From assembly GCA_043228905.1 (NCBI GenBank), contig JBHGNT010000004.1, forward strand, positions 18,228,001-18,292,000: a DNA stretch of 64,000 nt, given 5' to 3'. How positions within the stretch are numbered: the stretch's first letter is position 1; the number at the start of each line of letters is the position of its first letter. The DNA is from Azolla caroliniana. Taxonomy: Eukaryota > Plantae > Polypodiophyta. The notes under the pieces are model-generated. The model ran no database searches. It saw only the letters and a program-made list of their open reading frames with translations, and was not told where the DNA came from. A program made the translations under genes and the position numbers. This document shows positions 25,178-37,918 of the stretch, piece by piece.

Positions 25178-28100
25178 TGATGGGAAAAGAATCGACACTT
25201 TCCAAACTCCACCTCTCGGCCACAACCAAGGAAACACACGAATCGTTGTTGCAGAAAATGGGAAATGCAAAGGTAAATAAGTGGACACACGATTTAACGT
25301 GGAAAACCCTATACGGGAAAAACCACGGGAGTACAAGACTCCGAACCAAAACTATGCACAGAGAAATATACAATGGCGAGCTGCAAGGCGACGACCTTGA
25401 GCTCGCTGTCCTCGCCACAGGCGGCGGAATTACACAGAGGCGTCGACCTCTTACTCTCTCACGCTCTATCTCTCTCACGGCTGCTCTCTCTCTTCACTCC
25501 TCTTGAGTGGAAAAAACAGAAAAATAAGTAGCAACTTCAGACTGTTTGCCCTAAGTCATATTTATACACATATGACTTTCGGGCTATTTACAAATATAGC
25601 CTCAAGGGCCCTTGGCAAACATATTCACAAATATGTCCCCGCATCCGGATCTCTCTCCGGGTTCATTCATCATCCGGCTCCGTAGCCGGGGTCTTCATCA
25701 TCCGGCTCCGTAGCCGGGGTCTGCATCATCCGGCTCCGTAGCCGGCCATCCCATCCGGAGGGACCGTAATCCCAACAAACTCCCCCTTCACTTCGGCATG
25801 GGATGTCTTTCCAGTCCGACCCTCTTCCGGCACGCTTCCAGCTTGTCGGGTGTGAGCACTTTGGTCAGCATATCTGACCCGTTCTCGTCCGTGTGGATCT
25901 TCGTCAGCACGAACTCCTGGTCTTCTATCCTTTCCCGGATCCAGTGATATCTTCGCTGGATGTGCTTTGTCCGGAGTGATAGGCCGCGTTCTTCGCAAGG
26001 TGGATGGCACTCTGACTGTCACAGTAGAGTCGGTACTCCTCCTGCCGGATACCGAGCTCTCTAATGAAGTCCTTCATCCATATTATTTCCTTGCCGGCTT
26101 CAACATCCGCCATGTACTCCGCCTCCGTGGTTGACAACGCAACCGTCTTCTGCAGCCTCGACTGCCACGAAACAGCTCCCCCTGCATACGTCATCACATA
26201 CCCTGATGTGGACCTGCTGGTATCTGCATCAGCCGACATATCCGAATCGGTAAAACCGTCGAGTTCGGGCTTACCGGAGCCGAATCTGAGGCACACGTTT
26301 GCCGTGCCCTTCAGGTATCGGAGTATCCACTTGGCCGCGTTCCAGTGCTCTTTGCCGGGATTGCTCATGTACCGGCTCACCACTCCGACTGCATATCCTA
26401 TGTCCGGTCTTGTACACACCATTGCGTACATCAAGCTTCCGACGGCAGAGGCATATGGTACTTTCATCATATCCTCCTTCTTAGCCTTCGTCTTGGGGCT
26501 TTGCTTGCTGGACAACTTGCAGTTTGCCGGGAGGGTTGACCCAACCGGTCTTGCTTCCGACATGTTGAACCGGTGAAGCACCTTTGTCACGTACTTCTCC
26601 TGTGACAGCCACAACTGCTTCTTCTCCCGGTCTCGGATGATGTGCATCCCTAGTATTTGCCTCGCCGGACCCAGGTCCTTCATTGAGAAGGTTCGGTGAA
26701 GCGCTTTCTTCAGCATCCGTATCTTGACCTGGTCCCGTCCGACGATCAACATGTCGTCCACGTACAGGAGGAGTATTAGAAAGTCTCCTCCTTCGAACTT
26801 CTTCACAAACACGCAGTGATCGGACTGCGTTTTGTGGTACCCTTCGTCGGTCATGAAAGAGTCGAACTTCCGGTACCATTGCCGGGGAGCCTGCTTTAGT
26901 CCGTAAAGGCTCTTCTTCAACCGGCATACCAGGTGCTCCTTCCCTTTCTTCTCGAATCCTTCCGGTTGCTGCATGTAGATCTCTTCTTCAAGGTTACCGT
27001 GAAGGAATGCCGTCTTCACGTCCATCTGTTCTACCTCGAGGTCCATGCTTGCCGCCATGCTCAGCACCGTCCGGATGGAGGTCATCTTCACTACCGGGGC
27101 AAATATCTCGTCGAAGTCGACGCCCTTCTTCTGCTGAAACCCCTTCACCACGATCCTGGCTTTGTATCTCGGGGGGTTTCCGGCATCTCCCGGTTTCAGC
27201 TTGAACACCCACTTGTTTCGAAGTGCCCGCTTTCCTTTCGGCAACTCCACAAGTTCATATGTGTGGTTCTCATGCAGGGAATCCATCTCCTCCTGCATGG
27301 CACTTAACCACCTGCGGCTATGGGTGTCGAGCTTTGCTTCTTCAAAACTCTCCGGCTCCCCCCCGTCGGTTAGCAGCACGTGCTCTGGTTCCGGAAATCT
27401 CCGGGGAACCCTTCTTTCTCTTAGAGGATATCTCCGTTCCGGAGCTTCGGTGACCGGCTCCTCCGTTTCTTCTTCATCCGAATCCATTTCGGGATCGGGG
27501 CCGGTTCCGGTATCAGTTTCATCTTCCTCGACCGGTTCTGTTTCTTCACCGTCTTCGGCCGGATCCTCGAGTGCTAACCGGTCCCTTGCCGGTCGGGACT
27601 GCTCCTCGTAGAGTTGATCCTCACCGGTCGACTTGGAGCTCTTCATCTTCTTCTCCGACTCCCAGTCGGCGAGTGTCTTGTCCTCCATGAAGATGATATC
27701 TCGACTCCTGAATATCTTCTTGTCGACCGGGTCCCATACTCGGTAGCCGAACTCGTCGTCGCTGTAACCGAGGAATATGCATGGCCGGGTCTTTGGATCT
27801 AACTTTCCTCTCCGGTCCTTTGCCACATGCACGTATGCGAGACACCCGAACACCTTCAGATGCCGGTAGGACACTTCCTTACCGGTCCACACTTTCTGCG
27901 GCGTGTCTCCGTCCAAAGGTACTGAGGGTGATCTATTTATCACATACGTCGCCGTCGACATTGCCTCAGCCCAAAATCCCTTGGGTAATTTCGCATGTGC
28001 TAGCATACTCCGGACCCTCTCCATTATGGTCCGGTTCATCCTCTCGGCCAGCCCGTTCAGTTCCGGCGTCTTCGGCACAGTAAACTCGAGCCGGATTCCC

Positions 28101-30491
28101 TTCGAGCGACAGTACTCTGCGAACTGCCCCCGGTATTCCCCTCCGTTATCCGCTCATATCGCTTTCAGCTTCTTGCCGGATTCTCTTTCCACTCTCGCGT
28201 GGAGTTCTTTGAAGACGGACAATACTTGGTCCTTTGTCTTCAACGGTGCCGTCCACAGCTTCCGGCTATGGTCATCTATGAATGTTACGAAGTACTAAGC
28301 TCCGCCATGTGACTTCGCTTCTACTTGACACACATCAGTGTGTACCAACTCCAATGGTGCGCTACGTCTCGTCGGTGGCCTTGAGTGGAAGGAGGTCCGG
28401 TTTTGCTTACCGGCCAGACAGTCGGTACACTTCCCCAGGTGTACGTGCTTTACCGGTATCAGGTTGTCATTGGCAAGCCTCTTCATCCCCTTCTCACTCA
28501 TGTGGCACAGTCTCTTGTGCCACAGCTCACCGGCAGTGTCGGCTGCCACGTTCAGCTCCTCCGGACATAGCCGGGAATTCATCAGGTACAGTGTATTGAC
28601 CTTCCGGGCCCGAGCCACTATCAGGCTCCCTTTGCTGAACTTCATGACACCGTTCCGGATGCCACCAGTGTAGCCTTCATCGTCTAGCCTCCCGGCCGAA
28701 ATCAGGTTCAATCGGACCTCCGGAACGTGTCGAACATCCTTCAGCAGCATCTTGCATCCGGTTGATGTCATCAGCCACACGTCTCCTATGCCGGCAATCC
28801 GGCATGTGCCTTCATTTCCCATCCGGACACAGCCGTGCTCACCGGCTGTGTAGGATGAGAAGTATTTCTTCTCCGGGGTCAGGTGGAACGACGCTCCGGA
28901 ATCGACCACCCAGGTCATCTCTACACCGGCAAGGTTCAGCTCCCTCTCTTCGGTAATGAGCATTATCTCTTCTTCACTTGCCGCGAGTGCCGTCGTTCCT
29001 TTCCGGTCCTGCCCTCGCCGATCCGGACCTCTCCGGTCCGTGGCTCCCCGGTATGCACCGTTTCTCTCCGGTGACTTCTTCGAATCGGTGTTGTCGGCTC
29101 CGTTGTCCTTTCGGTAATGCCGACAATTCTTCCGGAAGTGTCCCGGCTTCCCACAGTGGAAGCATGTGGGCCTTCCTCTTGACTGCGACCGGGTCCCCGA
29201 CTTCTCCCGTCTTTGCGGACTCCGGTTCCATTGTCTTCCCCGTTCCGATTCGGCAAGCAGCGCCTTCGAGTCGGAGGCCGGTTCTTTATCTCTCCGACGC
29301 GCTTCTTCGTTCAAAATACTTGTCTTTACCGTTTGTAGGGACAAGTTATCTTCCGTGCAGGAGGTGCTGAGAGTCACCACCAAGTTCTCCCAGCTTTCCG
29401 GCAATGTACACATCAGAATGATGGCTTGCATTGCATCCTCCAGCGGGAACTTGATCGCCGCAAGCTGGTTCATGAATCCCATGAACGTGCTTACGTGTTC
29501 CACCATACTCTCGCCGTCCCGGTACTTGAGGTTCACTATCTTCCTCATCAGGGAGGTCCGGTTCAACGCATTCTTCCTCTCGTAGAGGCCCGACAGCTTC
29601 CGCCACATCTCATATGCGTTGATGTCGTTCGCTACATGTTGTAGAACGCTCACGTCGACGTATTGCCGAATGGTTGCAACGGCTTTCCGGTTCAGAAGCC
29701 TCCATTCCGACTCAAGTACTCCCTTCGGTATTTCCGACCTGTCAATCGGTTCGTACAGGTCCCGAACAATCAGAAGATCCTCCATCTTGATCTTCCAGTC
29801 GGCGTAATTCTGCGCATTCAGCACCATCATCCCCGGCTGCCCGCTGCCGCCGCCTTCCATTTTCTGCAGCAACCTCGCTCTGATACCAAATTGATGGGAA
29901 AAGAATCGACACTTTCCAAACTCCACCTCTCGGCCACAACCAAGGAAACACACGAATCGTTGTTGCAGAAAATGGGAAATGCAAAGGTAAATAAGTGGAC
30001 ACACGATTTAACGTGGAAAACCCTATACGGGAAAAACCACGGGAGTACAAGACTCCGAACCAAAACTATGCACAGAGAAATATACAATGGCGAGCTGCAA
30101 GGCGACGACCTTGAGCTCGCTGTCCTCGCCACAGGCGGCGGAATTACACAGAGGCGTCGACCTCTTACTCTCTCACGCTCTATCTCTCTCACGGCTGCTC
30201 TCTCTCTTCACTCCTCTTGAGTGGAAAAAACAGAAAAATAAGTAGCAACTTCAGACTGTTTGCCCTAAGTCATATTTATACACATATGACTTTCGGGCTA
30301 TTTACAAATATAGCCTCAAGGGCCCTTGGCAAACATATTCACAAATATGTCCCCGCATCCGGATCTCTCTCCGGGTTCATTCATCATCCGGCTCCGTAGC
30401 CGGGGTCTTCATCATCCGGCTCCGTAGCCGGGGTCTTCATCATCCGGCTCCGTAGCCGGCCATCCCATCCGGAGGGACCGTAATCCCAACA
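25178..30491 (-). mobile_element. Copia-C: full-length young Tnt1/Tork-like Ty1/copia; LTRs 29892-30491 and 25178-25777
   Basis: 600-bp LTRs with one substitution seen, TSD TATAA, iMet PBS at 29874-29888, PPT aggggga. Confidence 0.97.
25788..29860 (-). pseudogene. Gag-Pol of Copia-C with two premature stops and one frameshift
   Basis: Collinear with the intact ORF at 58657-62730. CAG>TAG at ~28296, CGA>TGA at ~28156, 1-nt loss at ~25972. Confidence 0.92.
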
Positions 30492-31198
30492 TATAACTCC
30501 TTCGTTTGGAAACCAAATATCATGTTCAAATATAGGTTGAAACGCTTGTAAAGCCAGCTATCCGTAGCTTTTTAAATCTCTAAATTTGGAGCTCGGATGA
30601 GGGAGATATGATGATTAGAAGATCGCTATGTCATTGCTAAGAATAGGAGACGGAAAACTTCTAAAAAAAGCGTAAAAAAGAAAGCAAGGGAAAGTTATCT
30701 AGTAGAGGAGACCTTCATATAAAGAAAGAAGAGTAAGGTGGTGGAAAAGGGGGCTATTTCATGTGGTTTTTTCTTGCCCGTTTATGTAGTGTGGTTTAGT
30801 TGTTATCAATATAGCTTTGTATATTTGGATTTATGTATCTTCTATCTCTCTTCCTTCTATCATGATCATTTGTTAGCAATAGATCTTTGTAGTTTTAGAT
30901 TTATATATCTTCTTTATATCTTATTTCTATCATCAGTCTTTCATTTTGGCGCTTCAAGGAGGGCTTTCTTTTCCGCATCTTGGGAAGATTGATTGTCTCG
31001 TAGTATTATGTGGATATGGCTTTTCAATTTGCCTTTGCAGGTGATGGTGTTCAGGATGCAGGAGCTTTTTTGGCATCCTTCGAGCATCACGTTGTCGTAG
31101 TGTATTCCACACACTACGTGGAAAACCATAAAATAATATATCCGATTTTAGATACATATAAATAAATAAATAATATATCAAAAGAATTTATCACATGC

Positions 31199-31266
31199 AT
31201 AGGGCAGGATTTGAACCATGCACCTCCACGTAAATAAACCTCAACTTTACCATTATGCTACCTTAT
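31199..31266 (-). promoter_or_regulatory. tRNA-like Pol III type-2 promoter cassette in the LTR of E (second copy 33980-34047)
   Basis: Minus strand: A-box TAGCATAATGG, 32-nt spacer, B-box GGTTCAAATCC, with partial T-arm and acceptor pairing. Confidence 0.6.
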
Positions 31267-31845
31267 CTTTAGTGTTCTACAAATAGATTTAATAAGTATA
31301 ATTGCTTTATTTACGCCTACCTTTATTAAAAGGTAAATCATGCATTTTTAGAGTGCGTGAATAGAAAAACGCAAGCAACTAAAAAGTGACTCATGCACAT
31401 CTAGCGTGCATGAGCACTATATTTAGCAAATAAAAGCAAGGATTAGAAAAGCATCACATGCACATTTAGTGTGCATGAACATATTAGAAAAAGCATGTAG
31501 CTATGCTTAGTCTCTCCCATCACTATATAAGGATGGGGAGCACATTGTAGTTTTTGTTGATTATTTTTCTATAATGATCAATCAATCTAAAATATTCGTG
31601 GGATTCACGAATTTGCTAAAATAATTCTCTCTTACTACCTAAATATTGACTAAATATACTAAACTCGTGGGATTCACGAGATTCTTATCTTATAACTCTT
31701 TATACCTATTCTTTACTAGCCTTATTTGTATTTTTCTTTCTCCTAGTCCAAAACCTCGGCGGTTCCCACCCGACTCACGCAACGATCCGGAGCCGAAAGG
31801 CACGACACAGTTGGTGAACCCGACGTGAAGACGGGTGGCAAGGAG

Positions 31846-33537
31846 ATGGAGAATCAACAAGAGGCAATGAGCATAACGATGATGATGATGTTCGAGCGGA
31901 TGCTACAAGAACAACGAGTGATGTCGGAGATCACGGGGGCAGTAAAGCGGCTCGTACAACGAAACGGACAATTCAACGGAAACGATGTGTCACGCTATCT
32001 ACGTGACTACAAGGCGGAGATGATACGATGTGGGATACCAGAAGGATTGCAAGTGACATCCTTCAGTCGGGTGGCCACGGATGAGCTACAAGAGAGAATC
32101 CACAAGATACGGCAACAAAACTCGACATGGGGGTCATTCGAAGAAGCTTTACGAGAGGCATATGATTACAAGAGATCAAAGGGACAAGATCGGCGAAAAT
32201 TCGACGAATGGGTGGCATCGGAGAAGACCCACCGAAGTGCAACACAAGCATTCCTAGAGTTCGAGCATCGTTTTGCTCGACTCTCGGAGCGGGAACAACG
32301 ATTGGTGGGGGAGGATAAAGTCCTAATGTTCGTAAAATCGATCGATCGAAAAGAAAGGAAGGACATCGGGATTGAGCTCGAAGACGATGACGGTACGAAT
32401 GGTCTTACTGAAGATTGGGCCGAAGTCCAAAGGGTATGCCGGAGACATGATGAGAGGAAGATGAGAATCTTGTCAACGACATGGCCAATGAAGGATGGTC
32501 GATTGAAGACAAACGATGGAGCCGATATGAAGGCCGAAATACAACATGATGGTCCGACGGAAGAGGGTGTAAAACAAGCTACCCTCTTGTCTTGCGAAAG
32601 AACAACGACGAAGGATAAGGCCGATAACCCAAGTGTAGAAGAAGATCTCGGAATACAAGTGTCCGAAACATCGGGTGAAAAAGGGGTAAGCATAATTGAT
32701 GTTTGCATAATTGATGCAGTGAAAGAGAGCAAGGAGGACTTGATTGAGGAGGTCGCCACGAAACATGACATCGAATTGAAGGTGGCTATGGACGAATCAA
32801 CGACGGATGGCCATATCGAGACTTCCCCACCACTAATTCTAGAGACTCCGGCGGTTGCGTTCGAAAGGCAACGTGAGACCAAAGAGACGGAAGGTGGCGG
32901 AGAGAAAACAAAGGTCGAAGTCGATGCATACGACGGAGAGATAGCCGAGAATATGGCTATGGGTGAAACAATGGAGGATGATAATACCGAGGATTCCTAC
33001 CCACTAATTCTAGAGACTTCGGCAGTTGTGTCCGAGAACCAACGTGAGACCGGAGAGACGGGAGGTGGCAGCAAGAAAGGTAAAGTCGGGAGCCGGTTTG
33101 GATGGAAGGTGATCCGGACGGGATTCCGATCCGAAAGAAAGCCGAACCGGGTAAAAGAGGATTCGACCAAAAGTCGACCCGAAAGAAAGCCGAACCGAAA
33201 GGAAGAGAATTCGGCCGAAAGACGACACAAACGAAAGCCGAACCGGGCGAATGAGGATTCGGCCGAAAAACGACCCGAAAGAAAGCCGACCCGAAAAGGG
33301 GTCGAATCGGTCAAAACCGATCGACCGAGTCTGACTTGGCCGAACGCGAATATGGATGGAAGCCGACCTAGCCGAAAGCCGATCGGACGAGACCGATCCG
33401 GAAAGAAGCTAATTCGACTCAACCGGAGGTTGGACCGGTCGAGGCTGGTGAAAACGAGGAAAAGAAAGCCAACCGAAACCGAAACCGATAGATCGAAACC
33501 GGGTCGGAAGGAGACCGACTCAATCGAAACCGATTAA
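31846..33537 (+). CDS. Gag-like protein with acidic middle and basic repetitive C-terminus
   Basis: Open 563-codon frame. N-terminus (GQFNGNDVSRYL...VLMFVKSID...GLTEDW) matches the gag remnants of Gypsy-1 and G. RPERKPNR repeats. Confidence 0.85.
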   Translation: MENQQEAMSITMMMMFERMLQEQRVMSEITGAVKRLVQRNGQFNGNDVSRYLRDYKAEMIRCGIPEGLQVTSFSRVATDELQERIHKIRQQNSTWGSFEEALREAYDYKRSKGQDRRKFDEWVASEKTHRSATQAFLEFEHRFARLSEREQRLVGEDKVLMFVKSIDRKERKDIGIELEDDDGTNGLTEDWAEVQRVCRRHDERKMRILSTTWPMKDGRLKTNDGADMKAEIQHDGPTEEGVKQATLLSCERTTTKDKADNPSVEEDLGIQVSETSGEKGVSIIDVCIIDAVKESKEDLIEEVATKHDIELKVAMDESTTDGHIETSPPLILETPAVAFERQRETKETEGGGEKTKVEVDAYDGEIAENMAMGETMEDDNTEDSYPLILETSAVVSENQRETGETGGGSKKGKVGSRFGWKVIRTGFRSERKPNRVKEDSTKSRPERKPNRKEENSAERRHKRKPNRANEDSAEKRPERKPTRKGVESVKTDRPSLTWPNANMDGSRPSRKPIGRDRSGKKLIRLNRRLDRSRLVKTRKRKPTETETDRSKPGRKETDSIETD

Positions 33538-36500
33538 CCGATTCCGATTCGGCCGAATACGAATCCGATTGGAAGCCGATCAAACCGAAAGTTGATCGGA
33601 CGAGAGCGATCCGGAAAAAAGTCAAGGTTGATGAAGACAAGAAAGAGGCCAGTAAAAGACACTACCACGAATGACAAGGGCCAAGAATATGACGAGAGAG
33701 AACAAAGAATATGGTGGATCGGATGGCGACAATGGTTTGGGTGGAAAGAATGGGTCTACTCAAAATGGAGAGACAAAGTTGACATAGCGGGACAAACGGA
33801 GGATGAAGGGGAGACAACGAGCATCGAGAACTTCGGCACATACCGGAGGATGTGCGGGTTCGGAGGGGGCGAGTGTCGTAGTGTATTCTACACACTACGT
33901 GGAAAACCATAAAATAATATATCCGATTTTAGATACATATAAATAAATAAATAATATATCAAAAGAATTTATCACATGCATAGGGCAGGATTTGAACCAT
34001 GCACCTCCACGTAAATAAACCTCAACTTTACCATTATGCTACCTTATCTTTAGTGTTCTACAAATAGATTTAATAAGTATAATTGCTTTATTTACGCCTA
34101 CCTTTATTAAAAGGTAAATCATGCATTTTTAGAGTGCGTGAATAGAAAAACGCAAGCAACTAAAAAGTGACTCATGCACATCTAGCGTGCATGAGCACTA
34201 TATTTAGCAAATAAAAGCAAGGATTAGAAAAGCATCACATGCACATTTAGTGTGCATGAACATATTAGAAAAAGCATGTAGCTATGCTTAGTCTCTCCCA
34301 TCACTATATAAGGATGGGGAGCACATTGTAGTTTTTGTTGATTATTTTTCTATAATGATCAATCAATCTAAAATATTCGTGGGATTCACGAATTTGCTAA
34401 AATAATTCTCTCTTACTACCTAAATATTGACTAAATATACTAAACTCGTGGGATTCACGAGATTCTTATCTTATAACTCTTTATACCTATTCTTTACTAG
34501 CCTTATTTGTATTTTTCTTTCTCCTAGTCCAAAACCTCGGCGGTTCCCACCCGACTCACGCAACGATCCGGAGCCGAAAGGCACGACAACGTGGTTTCGA
34601 TTGGGAAGGTGAATGACATAGAGAAACTTCCCTTGTTGGTGGCAACTTTCTACACAAGAGCACGAGAGTACTACAAGTCACTACTTCCCAATCAACAAAG
34701 CAACTACCAATTGCTCATTCAACAATTCGAAGCAAGTACATCCGACGTCGTAATGCTATGGAGGTGCGAGAGGAACTCTTCACGTTGCGTATGTCAACAT
34801 TGATGGAGTATTCAGAGTATGAAAGGGTGTTCAAAGAGCTTTGGTCAACATGGATCCGTCTACAAGGAGGTATAAAGGATGAGTGGTTCAAGATGGATCA
34901 CTTCAAGGCGGGATTGAATCCTTACTTTGCAATGGAGGTGAATTTGAAGGACCTAGCCAATTTTCAAACTCTTCTACAAGTGTGTCAAGTCTATGATAGA
35001 CAACTAAAACTGATGCGGATGGGAGTTGATACAACGGTGGCGATAGCTGGTGCGCATGTGGTGCCGACTCTAAACGCTCCACATCCATCCTCTATGGTAC
35101 ATGGAGGACAATTTTTTTCGAACATATTTAATTCTAATATAACTAACCAAGCTAGTATACCAATGATGCGAGATGTAGATCATCCAAGAACTTATGGAAG
35201 TTTCCCCGAGCAACTAAATCAACGCCTTGATGAGCTAACGAATCAATTCCTGCCAAATGCAAGCAAGTTTCAACACCAACCAAGTTCGAGAGGTGCCACA
35301 AGAAAAACAAGTCCCGGTTTGTTATTCTTGTGGTGTTGAAGGCCATATTGCTACATGGTGTCCTTCGAGACGATACAAAGGTTTAGGATGAGGTATCTAT
35401 CAAGTTCATGGAGGTTCAAATTCCCTTAATAACCATGAAAATAACAATAATCAAGTTTCTAGTGATGGAGGATCGTTGCCAATGGCTAAAGTTCCAACAA
35501 TACCTCCTAATGTAAATCTTCTTGATTTTATGTATGATACTGACGATGATTGTGATGTTGGTCCAATCAAGATAACTTGAGCAACCCATAATGACAAAGA
35601 GGTGGAAGAGGAATCAAGTAACACCAAATAAAGAAAAAATTTAAGGAGTCTAAGATGAAGAATCCTTTAAAAAGATGTCGTTCAAGGAGAAAGATCAATA
35701 TGGAGGACATGCCTATGGGGAAAGGAGTGGAGCCTTTCGACCTCAAGCAAGAGTTGATTACAAATGGACCCCGGATCACTTGGCCACAACTTCTTCAACT
35801 CCCTCCAAAGATACGTAAGGAATGGGGAAGACTAGCGAGCATACATCAAAGTACCAAAATAATGTACTATGCGGGAGTTGTACGAGTGAAGGAACGAAAG
35901 GATATTCAACCCGCTATTTCGATAACCATGAAAGGTCTTTTAATTAAGGATGCCTGAGTAAATAGTGGTATTAGAATTGGTCCTTCATCCAATGTCATGG
36001 TGAGTAAGATTGGAAATTCTATTTGTCAAAAGTCCTCCAACATGGTTGACAAGAGTTTGGTTCCTCGTTTGGGAGCTATATTAAGGTTATTGAATTTTTT
36101 GGCATATCCATTTCCATGGATTTACATGCAATACTCATTAAAGGTTCATCATCTTATTCCTTAATATTAGTAAGACCTTGGATGCAAGAATTACATGTAA
36201 GACATGATTGGAGTATCATGAACTTGTCACCATCAAAGGGGTTTTAACATCTTCTATGACTTGTATCGACAACAACTAATCAAATTTATAAAGGAGAAGG
36301 AATAATCTATCTACAATGGCAAGCAAGAAGAGGAAAGCATAACAAGTGATGGATCTTCATGGGATAGGGAAAACAAATTGTTCCACGTGGTGTCTGAGCA
36401 AGGAGAAGTCATTGAAGAAGGGAAAAAGAAGATGATTTCAAATGATATCCAAGGAGAAGAGAACCTAAGGTTTATATCTCTTCTTTCTAAGTTTCCAAAG

Positions 36501-37918
36501 TTACTCATAAATGTCTATTCACAGGTAAAAGGAGGAGATGGCATCAAACACCACATCAAGTTGAAGGACTGTGTACCAATTGCCCAAAAGCTTCGACGAT
36601 TCGAGATTGTGCAAAAGGAAGATATTAAAGCATTGTTACAAGAGAGTTTCATTTATCATATGGAGGATTTGAAGTGTGTGTCACCTATTGTTGTGGTTCT
36701 AAAGGAGAAAGACATCAACTTCCAACCCTTGAATGTTCAGCCAAATAAGATCAATTTTCACTTCCTTTTCGAGATGAGATTGTAGATGAAATAGTCATTT
36801 ATAAAAAACAAGGTTGTGTGGATAATGTGGTATTCCAAGAAGGAATTCATGTGGAATCAAAGATCGAAGTAATTCAAAAGGTGACAACTCCAACAAGTCT
36901 CAAAACTTTGAAGGTATTTGTGCAAAATATTCGTTCTCTTGAAAGGTTTATTCATATGTTGACATGCTTACTTCTATCAATAGTTATGTATCACATGGCC
37001 CTAATTGTGTTTGGAGAGTTGACGAAGACATAATAATTGTGGTAACCCCTTTCTTTGTGTTGACAAGGAGAAAGATGGTGATGGAGATTGTCAATGTGTG
37101 TGTTTAGTGTGAGGTTTTTCCTATTGACTAGAGGGGGTTTTACTCACATAATTTGTTTCTTTTTTATTCATTTTCTCCTTCTTTGTGTATAGCCATGAAT
37201 AAGGCGAAGGCGAATCTTTGGTTTTATTAGTAGCTTAGGGTTCACCATAAATGGGTCACCAAGAAGCAAGGGGGAGGGCTAAATGTGAAAGTGTTTTTAG
37301 AATTCAAGGTATTGAACACTACAAGAACACGAACCAAGGTCTTGAGGATAAGTCAAACTAAAAGCACGACACGTGGAGAAAAGTAAAAGAAGAAAAAAGC
37401 GGGCCACCAAAACATAGTCTGAAACTAACGCTCATAATTCATTCGTTTGGAAGACAAATATCATGGTCAAACATAGATTGGAAAGCTTGTAAAGAGAGAT
37501 ATCCGTAGCTTTTTAAATCTCTAAATTTGGAGCTCGGATGAGGGAGATATGATGATTAGAAGATCACTGTGTCATAACTAAGAATAAGAGATGCAAAACT
37601 TTTAAAAAAAACGTAAAAAAGAAAGCAAGGGAAAGTTATCTAGAAGAGGAGACCTTCATATAAAGCAAGAAGAGTAAGGTGGTGGAAAAGAGGGCTATTT
37701 CATGTGGTTTTTTCTTGCCCGTTTATGTAGTGTGGTTTAGTTGTTATCAATATAGCTTTGTATATTTGGATTTATGTATTTTCTTTCTCTCTTCCTTCTA
37801 TCATGATCATTCACTATCAATAGATCTTTGTAGTTTTAGATTTATATATCTTCTTTATCTTTTATTTCTATAATTATTCTTTCAGGTAGAAGAACATATG
37901 TTACAATGTTAGGGTGAA

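Larger units (their letters stand above)
31093..34588 (+). mobile_element. Element E: young gag-only (TR-GAG-like) non-autonomous gypsy; LTRs 31093-31807 and 33874-34588
   Basis: 715-bp LTRs with one substitution seen, termini TGTCG..CGACA, 4-bp TSD ACGT. PBS tggtgaacccgacgtga (tRNA-Trp) at 31812-31828 and PPT ggagggggcgag. No pol motifs. Confidence 0.95.
24987..37885 (+). mobile_element. Gypsy-D: old, heavily deleted Ty3/gypsy; 5' LTR 24987-31089 (split by C), internal 34593-37283, partial 3' LTR from 37284
   Basis: Direct repeat starting tgtgaaagtgtttttagaattc at 24987 and 37284. PPT aagggggaggg before 37284. Gag with knuckle CYSCGVEGHIATWC and RT scraps (VSPIVVV). Right end not resolved. 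Confidence 0.85.

Noticed and set aside
25900-29800. Many overlapping antisense and alternative-frame ORFs in C (also in B and F)
   Set aside because: Expected shadows of GC-rich coding sequence. Their recurrence reflects element similarity, and they have no recognisable domains.
31199-31266. A functional tRNA gene
   Set aside because: No convincing anticodon stem and an incomplete acceptor stem; reported only as a tRNA-like promoter cassette.
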